From positions 1 to 60,629 of the forward strand of contig DLPY01000057.1 of the NCBI GenBank assembly GCA_002478685.1: a stretch of 60,629 nt of DNA, read 5' to 3'. Of this stretch, positions 16,941 to 26,534 are shown piece after piece. Numbering within the stretch: position 1 is the first letter of the stretch; each line of letters opens with the position of its first letter. The position numbers were made by a program, and so were the translations under genes. Source of the DNA: Flavobacteriaceae bacterium UBA7446. GTDB taxonomy: Bacteria; Bacteroidota; Bacteroidia; Flavobacteriales; Flavobacteriaceae. A model generated the notes under the pieces. The model was not told the origin of the DNA. It searched no databases and worked only from the letters and a program-made list of their open reading frames with translations.

Positions 16941-17810
16941 CTATTCAATATGCTTATGCGCTTTATACGAAGATCGTACCAAAGCACCGCTTTCTACATG
17001 ACGAAAGCCCATTTTCTTGCCCAAAACTTCATATTTTTTAAATTGTTCTGGAGTAATAAATTCCGCCACTGCCAAGTGTTTTTTAGAGGGCTGTAAATAT
17101 TGCCCAAGCGTGATGATATCCACATTGGCGTTACGTAAATCTTCCATAGATTCAATAACTTCTTCCTCTGTCTCACCCAAACCAAGCATCAAACCAGATT
17201 TGGTACGGTGAACGCCTTCTTGCTTTAGGTAGCGCAATACCTCCAAACTTCGGTCGTATTTGGCTTGAATACGCACCTCGCGGGTAAGTCTGCGCACCGT
17301 TTCCATGTTGTGCGAAACCACCTCGGGCGCAGCGGCTACAATACGGTCTAGCAAATGTTCTTGACCTTGAAAATCAGGAATTAGCGTTTCCAATGTAGTG
17401 GTGGGATTCATACGTCGGATAGCTTGTACGGTTTCCGTCCAAATAATAGTGCCTTGGTCGGGCAGGTCGTCGCGGTCCACAGATGTAATTACGGCATGTT
17501 TGATGCCCATAATTTTAATGGAGCGCCCTACTTTTTCGGGCTCTGCCCAGTCCACCGTATCTGGACGTCCTGTTTGTACGCCACAAAATCCACACGAACG
17601 AGTACAGATATTTCCTAAAATCATAAAAGTTGCTGTGCCTTCGCCCCAACACTCGCCCATATTTGGGCAACTTCCTGATGTACAAATAGTGTGCAATTCG
17701 TATTTGTCAACCAACCCGCGTAGCTCAGTGTATTTTTTGCCGGTTGGCAATTTTACCCGTAACCATTTGGGTTTGGGTGCTCGCACAGGAGCAGTAACAG
17801 TATCAGACAT
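16941..17810 (-). CDS. lipA: Lipoyl synthase
   Basis: 289 aa. It carries the radical-SAM motif CTRSCGFC and the N-terminal CPNMGEC cluster motif. Confidence 0.97.
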   Translation of the reverse strand: MSDTVTAPVRAPKPKWLRVKLPTGKKYTELRGLVDKYELHTICTSGSCPNMGECWGEGTATFMILGNICTRSCGFCGVQTGRPDTVDWAEPEKVGRSIKIMGIKHAVITSVDRDDLPDQGTIIWTETVQAIRRMNPTTTLETLIPDFQGQEHLLDRIVAAAPEVVSHNMETVRRLTREVRIQAKYDRSLEVLRYLKQEGVHRTKSGLMLGLGETEEEVIESMEDLRNANVDIITLGQYLQPSKKHLAVAEFITPEQFKKYEVLGKKMGFRHVESGALVRSSYKAHKHIE

Positions 17811-17879
17811 ACAGCAATTTTAGAACACAAACTTACAAAACAAAAACGGCATCAAAAACTAAACAAAAATTGTAAAAAA

Positions 17880-17900
17880 GTAACTATTTAGTTACCTTTG
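17880..17900 (+). promoter_or_regulatory. hicAB promoter/operator: perfect palindrome GTAACTA-TT-TAGTTAC overlapping the -7 box TAccTTTG
   Basis: A 7-bp inverted repeat lies at 17880..17895. The TAnnTTTG box lies at 17893..17900, 20 nt upstream of the hicA ATG. Confidence 0.45.
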
Positions 17901-17920
17901 ATGCGAATTAATGCCCCAAA

Positions 17921-18103
17921 ATGAAATATTCGGAGTTGCATCGTTTGATTAAAAAACATGGTTGGAAATACGCTCGGTCTTCTGGTAGTCATTATTTCTA
18001 TATCAAGGACGGTGTTTTATCCCCTCCAGTTCCTTTTCATGGGAGCAAAGAAATTGGAAAAGGCCTTGAGCTAAAGATTAAGAAAGAAATGAATTTAAAA
18101 TAG
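17921..18103 (+). CDS. hicA: Type II toxin-antitoxin system HicA family toxin (mRNA interferase)
   Basis: 60 aa. The sequence ..LIKKHGW..RSSGSHYFY.. matches the HicA/YcfA fold signature, including the catalytic His in GSH. Confidence 0.85.
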   Translation: MKYSELHRLIKKHGWKYARSSGSHYFYIKDGVLSPPVPFHGSKEIGKGLELKIKKEMNLK

Positions 18104-18108
18104 TTGAA

Positions 18109-18498
18109 ATGGAAACCTTGAAAATAATTATCGAAAAAAGTAGCGACCATTTTAGCACCTATGCTGAAAATTGCCATGGCGTTTATGGTGCGGGTGAAAC
18201 CCCAGAGTTGGCAAAAAAAAATATTTTAGAAGCAATAGAAATGCTGAAAACAATTAATAATTGTCCAGCATTATTGAAAGCGCCGTATCAGATTCTATTT
18301 CAATACGATACAGAAAGTTTTCTAAAATATTACAGCAATGTGTTTTCCATGCCTGCATTGGAAAAGCTTACAGGAATTAATCAGAAACAGCTTCACCATT
18401 ACAGTTCGGGAAGTAAAAAACCAAGGGAAGCACAGCGTAAAAAAATTGAATCTGCGATGCATCAATTGGGTAAAGAATTACTAGCTCTCAAGTTTTAG
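18109..18498 (+). CDS. hicB: Type II toxin-antitoxin system HicB family antitoxin with C-terminal HTH
   Basis: 129 aa. The HicB-like N-terminal domain (..DHFSTYAENCHGVYGAGETPELAKKN..) is followed by an XRE-like HTH (LEKLTGINQKQLHHYSSG). It starts 5 nt after hicA. Confidence 0.8.
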   Translation: METLKIIIEKSSDHFSTYAENCHGVYGAGETPELAKKNILEAIEMLKTINNCPALLKAPYQILFQYDTESFLKYYSNVFSMPALEKLTGINQKQLHHYSSGSKKPREAQRKKIESAMHQLGKELLALKF

Positions 18499-19712
18499 TA
18501 CGATGTAAAAAGCACGTTCAGGTAAGTAATACTAAACCCGATAAGGAACAAAATTCCTAACAAACTAGCCACACGAAGCCACTTTTTTGGTCGGTGTTTA
18601 ACGGGCATGTGTTTTCCGGTAACCAAAGCCAAATTTGCAGCAGCATAGAAAGGCGCAGTCAAAAACGATAGTACTGTTGCAATTTGGACAAGAAGTCCCA
18701 TTTCAGCCGCAAAAAACAGAAAAATAAGACAAGTACCAACAGTGAGAATGAGCATCCACGTAAGTTGATTGTTGGCATATTTCCCATTTAGTAGCTTTGT
18801 GGTGTGCGCCATCACACGGGGCGAAGCATCAAGCGTGGTTAGGGTGGTGCTTATCATGGTGGTAAGCGCAGCAATGGCAATAATCACAAACCAACCACTT
18901 CCCATAACCGAAGTGTACAAACCAATTAATTGCCCAGCAAATGTTGCTCCGCTAGCAGAAAACGAAACGCCAGAGCCAAACATTACAGTTGCGCCCAAAA
19001 CAACAAAGCATAATCCCAGTAACAGCGTAACACCATAGCCGATATTAAAATCAAAAAGGGATGATTTTAGGGTTGTTTTTGGGTTCATTTTTTTCTTTTC
19101 AAGCGCCCAAAGTGAATGCCAAATCGAAATATCCAACGGTCCCGGCATCCAGCCCATAAAGGCAATTAGAAAAACCCATTCCGAAGCGGTTATTGGCAAT
19201 ACTTGAGTGCGTGTTAAATCGGATTTTGTGCCAAGGGCAAATACCACAGCAATGAGTGTACTGATACTAAGTGCAAGCACAATTATTTTCATGCTTTTGT
19301 CTAACCAACTATACTTCCCCTGCCAAAGTAGCGCAAAGCACAACCATACCACCACTACCGATGTCCATGCTGTGGAATCAATACCCAAAAGTCGCGCTGC
19401 AATTCCAGCAGTAACCGCAGTAACTGCCGCCTGAATGGTAAACATAGTGCCTAAATTTAGGATGTAGTAGATCACCAATACGCCTTTACCCATACGCCGA
19501 TAACCTTCCAATAAGCTTTCCCCCGTTGCCAATGCATAACGTGGTCCAAACTGGAAAAAGGGATATTTTATCAGGTTAACAAGAATAAGTACCCAAATAA
19601 GTCCAAGCCCAAAATCAGCACCTGCCCGTGTAGATTGTACCAAATGCGATACACCAATGGCGGCTCCCGCAAAAAGTAATCCTGGCCCTAATCTTCTAAA
19701 AAAAGCTTTCAA
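18495..19712 (-). CDS. NRAMP-family divalent metal cation transporter
   Basis: 405 aa and polytopic. The N-terminal ..GPGLLFAGAAIGVSHLVQSTRAGA.. is typical of the short bacterial Nramp-like family. Confidence 0.8.
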   Translation of the reverse strand: MKAFFRRLGPGLLFAGAAIGVSHLVQSTRAGADFGLGLIWVLILVNLIKYPFFQFGPRYALATGESLLEGYRRMGKGVLVIYYILNLGTMFTIQAAVTAVTAGIAARLLGIDSTAWTSVVVVWLCFALLWQGKYSWLDKSMKIIVLALSISTLIAVVFALGTKSDLTRTQVLPITASEWVFLIAFMGWMPGPLDISIWHSLWALEKKKMNPKTTLKSSLFDFNIGYGVTLLLGLCFVVLGATVMFGSGVSFSASGATFAGQLIGLYTSVMGSGWFVIIAIAALTTMISTTLTTLDASPRVMAHTTKLLNGKYANNQLTWMLILTVGTCLIFLFFAAEMGLLVQIATVLSFLTAPFYAAANLALVTGKHMPVKHRPKKWLRVASLLGILFLIGFSITYLNVLFTSY

Positions 19713-19713
19713 C

Positions 19714-20274
19714 TTATATGTTTTGGGTTGCTAAAATTTCAGCTAAAAGTTTTCTAGCGCGCATCAGTTTTACTTTAACGGTACTTTCGCTACTCTCGAG
19801 TTTTATTGCCATTTGCTTAATGCTTAGCTCCTGTAAGTATTTGAGTTGAATAACTTCTCGGTAGTGCGGTTTTAGGGTTTTAATATTATTTAGCAAGGTT
19901 TCAAGGCGTTGTTTTCGAATAAGGTCATCTTCTGGGTGTGGTGCATTGTCAGGTATGTTTTGCGCTACGTCTTGACCAGCTTCTGTGCGTAGTGTGGCAA
20001 TAGATTTTCTTCTGGTTTGGTCAATGTGGAGATTTTTGGCAATAGTGGTCAACCATGTTTTAAAACCGTATTCTGCGTTATAAGTGGTGATTTTTTCAAA
20101 AGCTTTTCCAAAACAACGAATGGTAAGGTCTTCGGCTTCGTTATCGTTTTGGGTGCGTTGTAGCATAAATCCAAACACATCATTCCAATACAACTCTAAT
20201 AAATAACGAAAGGCATGCTGGTCGCCTCGTTGAGCCAACGCAATTTTTTCGTCAAGTGCCGCAGTTTTTGCCAC
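19714..20274 (-). CDS. ECF-type RNA polymerase sigma-70 family factor
   Basis: 186 aa with sigma region 2 (..FRYLLELYWNDVFGF..) and region 4 HTH (..LSIKQMAIKLESSESTVKVKLMRARKLL). Confidence 0.85.
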   Translation of the reverse strand: MAKTAALDEKIALAQRGDQHAFRYLLELYWNDVFGFMLQRTQNDNEAEDLTIRCFGKAFEKITTYNAEYGFKTWLTTIAKNLHIDQTRRKSIATLRTEAGQDVAQNIPDNAPHPEDDLIRKQRLETLLNNIKTLKPHYREVIQLKYLQELSIKQMAIKLESSESTVKVKLMRARKLLAEILATQNI

Positions 20275-20277
20275 GGT

Positions 20278-20487
20278 TTAGTTGTGTTCTGGTTTGGGTA
20301 AGTCACAATCTGTTTGTTGACTTGGCAGCTTTCCACAAAGACTACATGGTTCGCCTTCTTTGTTTAAAAATGGACTCTGACTGGCGCAAGTGCCTGCAAA
20401 TTTCCCTCCTTTTTTCGCCCATATTTTAATTGCAATTCCTGCAAAAGCTAATCCTAGAAGTATGAGGGTGATGATAAAGAGTTCCAT
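20278..20487 (-). CDS. Small single-TM membrane protein with 4 conserved-looking Cys (possibly NqrM/DUF539-like)
   Basis: 69 aa. N-terminal TM helix MELFIITLILLGLAFAGIAIKIW, then GTCASQ..EPCSLCG..QTDC. It ends 3 nt upstream of the sigma factor gene. The family assignment is from memory only. Confidence 0.45.
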   Translation of the reverse strand: MELFIITLILLGLAFAGIAIKIWAKKGGKFAGTCASQSPFLNKEGEPCSLCGKLPSQQTDCDLPKPEHN

Positions 20488-20507
20488 GGATTAAAAATAG
20501 CTAAAAA

Positions 20508-21524
20508 TTAATTGATCAGATTTACTTCGGGTTCCAACTCAATATCGAATGTTGAAAATACAGCATCCATGACCCGTTGTGCGTGTTCCCAAAGTTCGAC
20601 ACCTGTGGCACCGCCGTAATTCACCAGTACAAGTGCTTGATTTTTATGCATACCCACATTGCCAAAAGTTTTTCCTTTAAATCCTGACTGTTCAATAAGC
20701 CAACCCGCAGGGATTTTAGTAAACTGATTATTAATGCTATAAGAGGGCATATCAGAGTAAAGCTCAGCTATTTGTGCTGCTTTGTCTTTTAGTACGACAG
20801 GGTTTTTAAAAAAACTTCCTGCGTTGCCTAGACTTTTGGGTTCAGGTAGTTTCGCTGTACGAACTCTAATAACCGCTTTTGCCACATCGTCGATGGTTGG
20901 AGTATTAATGCCCATTTCATCTAAAGTTTGCATTATGCCTCTGTAATCCAAATGAAGTTGATGCTGTGTTTTTGTTAGAGATAAGCGTAAGGTGGTAATT
21001 ACGTATTCGTCCTTTAATTCATTCTTAAAAATGGAATCTCGGTAGCCAAACTCGCAGTCTTCTGCCTCAAAGATTTTTGAATCGCCTATTTTTCTCCCAA
21101 TACCAATAGCGTTATGAAATACATCGCTGAGCTCAACCCCGTAGGCACCAATGTTTTGAATGGGTGCAGCACCTACCAAGCCCGGAATAAGGCTAAGGTT
21201 TTCAATGCCGCCCAAGTTGTTTGCAATACACCACATGACTAAATCATGCCAAACCACACCTGCACCAGCCGATACAATAGCAGTTTGCTCGGTTTCTTCC
21301 ATGATTCGGATTCCGGGAATGGAGATTTTAATAACAGGTCTTGACAAATCTTGAAGTAACAAAACATTGCTTCCACCACCCAAAATCAGTGCATCTTCAA
21401 AGCGTGGGTCTTTCAGTACTTCTTGTAACTCCAAGCTTGAACGCACTTCTGCAAAAAGGGGTGTATTAACTGACACGCCAAAGGTGTTAAATTGCGTTAA
21501 GGACACCTGTTTTTTAATTTCCAT
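20508..21524 (-). CDS. murB: UDP-N-acetylenolpyruvoylglucosamine reductase
   Basis: 338 aa with an FAD-binding PCMH domain (..ILGGGSNVLL..) and a MurB C-terminal domain. Confidence 0.95.
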   Translation of the reverse strand: MEIKKQVSLTQFNTFGVSVNTPLFAEVRSSLELQEVLKDPRFEDALILGGGSNVLLLQDLSRPVIKISIPGIRIMEETEQTAIVSAGAGVVWHDLVMWCIANNLGGIENLSLIPGLVGAAPIQNIGAYGVELSDVFHNAIGIGRKIGDSKIFEAEDCEFGYRDSIFKNELKDEYVITTLRLSLTKTQHQLHLDYRGIMQTLDEMGINTPTIDDVAKAVIRVRTAKLPEPKSLGNAGSFFKNPVVLKDKAAQIAELYSDMPSYSINNQFTKIPAGWLIEQSGFKGKTFGNVGMHKNQALVLVNYGGATGVELWEHAQRVMDAVFSTFDIELEPEVNLIN

Positions 21525-22719
21525 AGCCTTGTTTAATATATTCGGATAGGCCTATTTTAAGCAATTCAAGCGCTCTTTTTAGCTTTTCAACGTTAAGCAC
21601 AAAGGCAATGCGAATCATATCTTTACCAGAAACGTCTCCAGAGAAAAAACCGTTTGCTGGTGCTACCATTAGGGTTTGATTATTGTCTTCAAAAGACTCG
21701 AGCATCCATTTGGCAAAATGATCGCTATCCTTAAGATGAAGGCGCACCAAACAATAAAATGCCCCTTTAGGCGGTGCTACTTCGACGCCATCAATGGAAT
21801 TTAGGCATGCCATAGCTGTTTCTCTTCGTTTGTAATATTCCGTAACAGCATTTGTTAAGTATTGTTTCGGTTCATCGAGTGCAGCTTCGCAAGCATGGAG
21901 GGCAATTGTGGGCGGACAAAGCCTAGATTGTGCAAATTTTAATGCAGCGTGTGTAATTTTCTTGTTTTTGGTAATCAAACAACCTATGCGTGCACCACAC
22001 ATACTGTATCTTTTTGACATAGAATCTATTAGTATGGCGTGTTGTTCAAGCCCATCAAATTGTAACACAGAAGTGTGTTCGTTTTCATCGTAAATAAACT
22101 CCCTATATACTTCATCTACAATAAAAAAGATATCGTGTTTTAAGGCTAACTGTGCTAAGGATTTAAGTTCAGACTTGGTATATACATACCCCGACGGATT
22201 GTTGGGATTACAAATAAAAAGTGCACGTGTTTTTGACGTAATCGCATTTTCAATTTTTTCTATTGGAGGTAATGCAAATTGAGTCTCAAAATCAGATGGA
22301 ATACCAATAACCTCTACACCGCAAGCGGCGGCAAAGGTTTCGTAGTTAGCGTAGAAGGGTTCAGGAATAATAAGTTCGTCACCCTCGTTGGTAATGCAAT
22401 CAAGCGCCATAATAATGGCTTCACTTGCACCAGTAGTAACCAAAATATCTTCTATGTCTATATGAATGTCGTGCTGTTTATAATAGGCAACTAATTTCTC
22501 ACGAAAAGACTTCGTTCCTTGAGAAGGCCCGTAGGCAATTACTCTTTCATCATAGGATTTTATAGCCTGTAACGCATTGTTGGGACTTGCCAAGTCTGGC
22601 TGTCCGATATTAAGGTGATAAACTTCCACACCTCGCTCTTTAGCCAAGGTAGCTTCCTGCGCTAGCTTACGAATAGGCGAAGTGGGTAGATTGGCTCCTT
22701 TACGCGAAACATTAGGCAT
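21514..22719 (-). CDS. Pyridoxal phosphate-dependent aminotransferase (class I, aspartate/aromatic type)
   Basis: 401 aa with ..NPNNPSGYVY.. and the PLP-lysine motif SMSKRYSMCGARIG. Confidence 0.9.
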   Translation of the reverse strand: MPNVSRKGANLPTSPIRKLAQEATLAKERGVEVYHLNIGQPDLASPNNALQAIKSYDERVIAYGPSQGTKSFREKLVAYYKQHDIHIDIEDILVTTGASEAIIMALDCITNEGDELIIPEPFYANYETFAAACGVEVIGIPSDFETQFALPPIEKIENAITSKTRALFICNPNNPSGYVYTKSELKSLAQLALKHDIFFIVDEVYREFIYDENEHTSVLQFDGLEQHAILIDSMSKRYSMCGARIGCLITKNKKITHAALKFAQSRLCPPTIALHACEAALDEPKQYLTNAVTEYYKRRETAMACLNSIDGVEVAPPKGAFYCLVRLHLKDSDHFAKWMLESFEDNNQTLMVAPANGFFSGDVSGKDMIRIAFVLNVEKLKRALELLKIGLSEYIKQGYGN

Positions 22720-22772
22720 TTATGTATAATTTGCCTGCAAAGATGCGAAAAATGAGCGTGTTTGCTTAGGAT

Positions 22773-23153
22773 TTATTCTGTGGGCTCTTGTACTTGCCCT
22801 TTAATTTTAAGCGCAACCATTCCATTTGATGCGTTTGAAGCTACTGTTATGGTTTTTCGAATTGGACCAACGCGATTGGTGTCGTATTTGACTTCAATCA
22901 CATCAGATGCGCCAGGCGCAATGGGACCAGAAGGTTTTTTGGGAACAGTACACCCACAAGATGAACGTACTTGCGTAATTTCTAAATCAACCGTTCCTGT
23001 ATTGGTGAATTTAAACTGACGAACTCCATCGTCTCCTTTGGTTATTGTGCCATAGTCGATCGTTAAGCTATCAAAAGTGATTGTTGCTGTTTGTTGCGCA
23101 ATAGCTACATACCCCAAGCAAATAAATATGACAGATAAAAAAGCATTTCTCAT
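22773..23153 (-). CDS. DUF1573 domain-containing secreted protein
   Basis: Signal peptide MRNAFLSVIFICLGYVAIA, then ..FKFTNTGTVDLEITQVRSSCGCTVP.., the hallmark of DUF1573. The ORF extends to 23183. Confidence 0.8.
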   Translation of the reverse strand: MRNAFLSVIFICLGYVAIAQQTATITFDSLTIDYGTITKGDDGVRQFKFTNTGTVDLEITQVRSSCGCTVPKKPSGPIAPGASDVIEVKYDTNRVGPIRKTITVASNASNGMVALKIKGQVQEPTE

Positions 23154-23234
23154 GACATGAAATTTGGTCCAACTAAAATACACATTCTAGCGCATTGTGC
23201 AAAATTAGGTCTTTTAATTTCACCTTTCGATGCC

Positions 23235-23242
23235 TACATTTG
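23235..23242 (+). promoter_or_regulatory. -7 promoter box TAcaTTTG for valS
   Basis: Exact TAnnTTTG, 21 nt upstream of the ATG at 23263. This argues against the longer ORF start at 23230. Confidence 0.4.
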
Positions 23243-23262
23243 CGATTATTAACGCAACACTT

Positions 23263-25881
23263 ATGTCCATCCCTTCTAAGTTTACACCATCAGCCATAGA
23301 ACAGAAATGGTATGATTACTGGACACATAACGAGTACTTTTATTCTACACCCGATGCGCGCAAACCTTATACTATCGTTATTCCTCCGCCAAATGTAACG
23401 GGCGTATTGCATATGGGACATTTGATGAACAATACATTGCAAGATGTTCTTATTCGAAGGGCACGTATGCTAGGCTACAATGCGTGTTGGGTTCCTGGAA
23501 CCGATCATGCATCTATTGCTACGGAGGCAAAAGTGGTTAATAAACTTAAAAACCAAGGAATTGATAAAGCCGATATTGGCCGTGAAGCTTTTTTGAAGCA
23601 TGCTTGGGATTGGACGCACGAGCACGGTGGTATCATTTTAGAACAATTAAAAAAATTAGGTTGTTCTTGCGATTGGGAACGCACCAAATTTACACTAGAT
23701 GATGACATGTCAGCATCGGTAGTACAAGTTTTTGTTGACTTGTACGAAAAAGGGCTGATTTATCGTGGCTATCGTATGGTGCATTGGGATCCTGAAGCAC
23801 AAACCACACTTTCTGATGAAGAGGTTATTTACGAAGAAAAACAAGGAAAATTATACCATATTGCTTATGCTATTGAGGGTAGTGATCAAAAAGTTGTAAT
23901 AGCCACTACTAGACCCGAAACCCTTTTCGGCGATACGGCTGTTGCCATTCATCCCGAAGACGAGCGGTACACTTCTTTGCATGGCAAAAAAGCCATTGTG
24001 CCTCTTGTAAATAGGGCAGTACCAATAATCAAAGATGAATATGTCAGTCTGGAGTTGGGAACGGGCTGCTTAAAAGTTACGCCTGCCCACGATGAAAACG
24101 ACAAGATGTTAGGCGATAAGCATAAACTTGAATTTATTGATATTTTCAATTCCAATGGAACGCTCAACCATCAGGGGCTTCACTTCAAAGGGCAAGACCG
24201 ATTTGCCGTTCGTAAAGCAGTTGTGAAAGAATTAGAAGCCAATGGAAGTTTGATCAAAGTTACACCCCACACGCATAAAGTGGGAACTTCTGAACGTACC
24301 AAAGCTGTGGTAGAACCCCGCCTTTCTGATCAGTGGTTTTTGCAAATGGAAACACTAGCAAAATCAGCTATTGACGCTGTGGAAAATGGTGATGTACAGT
24401 TAGTGCCAAAAAAGTTTATCAACACCTACCGCCACTGGATGAATAATATTCGGGACTGGAATATCTCGCGACAGTTATGGTGGGGACATCAAATTCCCGC
24501 ATATTATTACGGCACCAATAACGAAAATTTGGTTGTGGCAAAGACCAAAGAAAAAGCACTTGAAAAGGCCAAAATTGCTTCCGGAAATGATGTACTTACT
24601 TTAAACGATTTAACACAAGATGAGGACGTGCTTGATACGTGGTTTTCTTCGTGGTTATGGCCTATTTCGGTGTTTAATGGCGTACTGGAGCCCGAAAATA
24701 AGGATGTTTCCTACTACTATCCCTCGCAAGAATTGGTAACAGGTCCTGATATTTTATTTTTTTGGGTAGCACGAATGATTATGTCGGGTTATGCGCTGCG
24801 TAACGAAAAGCCTTTTTCGCATGTATATCTCACAGGTCTTGTACGCGACAGTCAAGGGCGAAAAATGTCCAAGCAACTTGGAAATTCACCTGATGCGATT
24901 AAGCTAATGGATACCTTCGGCGCAGACGGCGTACGCGTGGGATTGCTACTAAGTGCAGCAGCAGGAAACGATTTGTTGTTTGATGAAAATTTGTGTCAAC
25001 AGGGTAAGAATTTTGCCAACAAAATCTGGAACGCTTTCCGATTGGTTCAAAGCTGGACATTTGATAAATATCTTTCGCCCTGCAAAACAGCAGCTGTTGG
25101 ATTGGATTGGTACACATCAAAATTTCACCAAACCCTTGCTACCATTGATGATTATTTTAGTAAATATCGCATTTCAGATGCGTTAATGGCTACGTATAAA
25201 CTTGTTTGGGACGATTTTTGTTCTTGGCTATTGGAGATTGTAAAACCCGCATATGGGGAAGGAATCGATGCGGAAACCTACCAAAAAGTTTGTAAACTTT
25301 TTGAAGATAACTTACGTTTGTTACATCCCTTTATGCCCTTTTTATCAGAGGAGTTATGGCACGCCATTAAAACACGTTCTAAAGATGAGGCGTTAATTGT
25401 GTCGTCTTGGCCAACACAACAAACTGTAGACCACAACTTGATACGACGATTTGATCACACCTCCGAACTCATTTCTAAGTTGCGTACCATTCGCAAAAAT
25501 CAAAATATAGCTTTTAAAGAACCGTTGCACTTGATGGAAACAGTAAAAGACGAAATCTCCTTACGACCAATTGTGCAAAAGTTGGTAAATGTTTCCACTT
25601 GGGAACAAACTACTATTACCCCTGAGCATGCGCTTTCATTTCGGGTAAATGCAAATGAATATTTTGTTCCTGTTGCAGTATCAAATCTGGAGGAAGAGCG
25701 TAACAAAATGCAAGTAGAACTTGCCTATCAAGAGGGCTTTTTAAAATCGGTGGAAAAAAAACTTTCTAACAAACGTTTTGTAGCAAATGCACCTGAACAA
25801 GTAGTTGCAATGGAACGTAAAAAAGCAGCCGATGCACAAGAAAAAATAGCAGCACTTAAATCGAGGCTAACATCCCTTTAG
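23263..25881 (+). CDS. valS: Valine--tRNA ligase
   Basis: About 872 aa with class I HIGH (PNVTGVLHMGH) and KMSKS (KMSKQLGNS) motifs and a C-terminal coiled coil. Confidence 0.97.
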   Translation: MSIPSKFTPSAIEQKWYDYWTHNEYFYSTPDARKPYTIVIPPPNVTGVLHMGHLMNNTLQDVLIRRARMLGYNACWVPGTDHASIATEAKVVNKLKNQGIDKADIGREAFLKHAWDWTHEHGGIILEQLKKLGCSCDWERTKFTLDDDMSASVVQVFVDLYEKGLIYRGYRMVHWDPEAQTTLSDEEVIYEEKQGKLYHIAYAIEGSDQKVVIATTRPETLFGDTAVAIHPEDERYTSLHGKKAIVPLVNRAVPIIKDEYVSLELGTGCLKVTPAHDENDKMLGDKHKLEFIDIFNSNGTLNHQGLHFKGQDRFAVRKAVVKELEANGSLIKVTPHTHKVGTSERTKAVVEPRLSDQWFLQMETLAKSAIDAVENGDVQLVPKKFINTYRHWMNNIRDWNISRQLWWGHQIPAYYYGTNNENLVVAKTKEKALEKAKIASGNDVLTLNDLTQDEDVLDTWFSSWLWPISVFNGVLEPENKDVSYYYPSQELVTGPDILFFWVARMIMSGYALRNEKPFSHVYLTGLVRDSQGRKMSKQLGNSPDAIKLMDTFGADGVRVGLLLSAAAGNDLLFDENLCQQGKNFANKIWNAFRLVQSWTFDKYLSPCKTAAVGLDWYTSKFHQTLATIDDYFSKYRISDALMATYKLVWDDFCSWLLEIVKPAYGEGIDAETYQKVCKLFEDNLRLLHPFMPFLSEELWHAIKTRSKDEALIVSSWPTQQTVDHNLIRRFDHTSELISKLRTIRKNQNIAFKEPLHLMETVKDEISLRPIVQKLVNVSTWEQTTITPEHALSFRVNANEYFVPVAVSNLEEERNKMQVELAYQEGFLKSVEKKLSNKRFVANAPEQVVAMERKKAADAQEKIAALKSRLTSL

Positions 25882-26534
25882 TTTGCTTGGCCCGAAATTA
25901 GCGTAATACCGCCTTTTACTTTCTGACCAATTTCCACATCTATGGGAGTATTTGGTGGCAGAAATACATCAACGCGAGAGCCAAATTTGATAAATCCAGC
26001 ATCTGTACCTTGAACGGCATAGTCATCTACTTTAGCGTAATTTATAATCCGACGTGCTACCGCACCCGCAATTTGCCGGTACAACACATCTCCAAAAGTG
26101 GGGTTGTTGACCACAATAGTTGTTCGTTCGTTTAGCGTAGACGATTTTGGATGCCATGCCACCAAATATTTTCCATGATGATATTTGCTGAATACTATTT
26201 TACCAGACACAGGGTAACGCGTAACATGCACATTAAGTGGCGACATAAAAATGGAAACCTGCAGTCGCTTTCCTTTGAAATATTCGGGTTCTTCTATCTC
26301 TTCAATGATGACCACTTTTCCGTCAACGGGGGCAACCACGGCTTCGGATAAGGCAAGTGGCGGACGACTTGGATTTCTAAAAAACTGCAATATCAATGCT
26401 AAAAAAATAAACAAGCCTATTTGTAGCAAAAGGCGTAACCACTTTAGGGCTATAAACTGCTCAAAAAGTAGCCCAACTATTGCTGTAAGCACAAAACTTG
26501 CTATAATGATGGTAAACCCTTCTTTATGAAACAT
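25878..26534 (-). CDS. psd: Phosphatidylserine decarboxylase proenzyme
   Basis: It has N-terminal TM helices and the self-cleavage motif ..FGSRVD.. near the C-terminus. The start was chosen at MFHKEG; the ORF extends to 26546. Confidence 0.9.
   Translation of the reverse strand: MFHKEGFTIIIASFVLTAIVGLLFEQFIALKWLRLLLQIGLFIFLALILQFFRNPSRPPLALSEAVVAPVDGKVVIIEEIEEPEYFKGKRLQVSIFMSPLNVHVTRYPVSGKIVFSKYHHGKYLVAWHPKSSTLNERTTIVVNNPTFGDVLYRQIAGAVARRIINYAKVDDYAVQGTDAGFIKFGSRVDVFLPPNTPIDVEIGQKVKGGITLISGQAN

Noticed and set aside
23154-23262. T-box or other leader upstream of valS
   Set aside because: The spacer is about 110 nt and is shared with a divergent gene. It has no specifier, T-box or terminator architecture, and a simple -7 promoter 21 nt from the ATG explains it.
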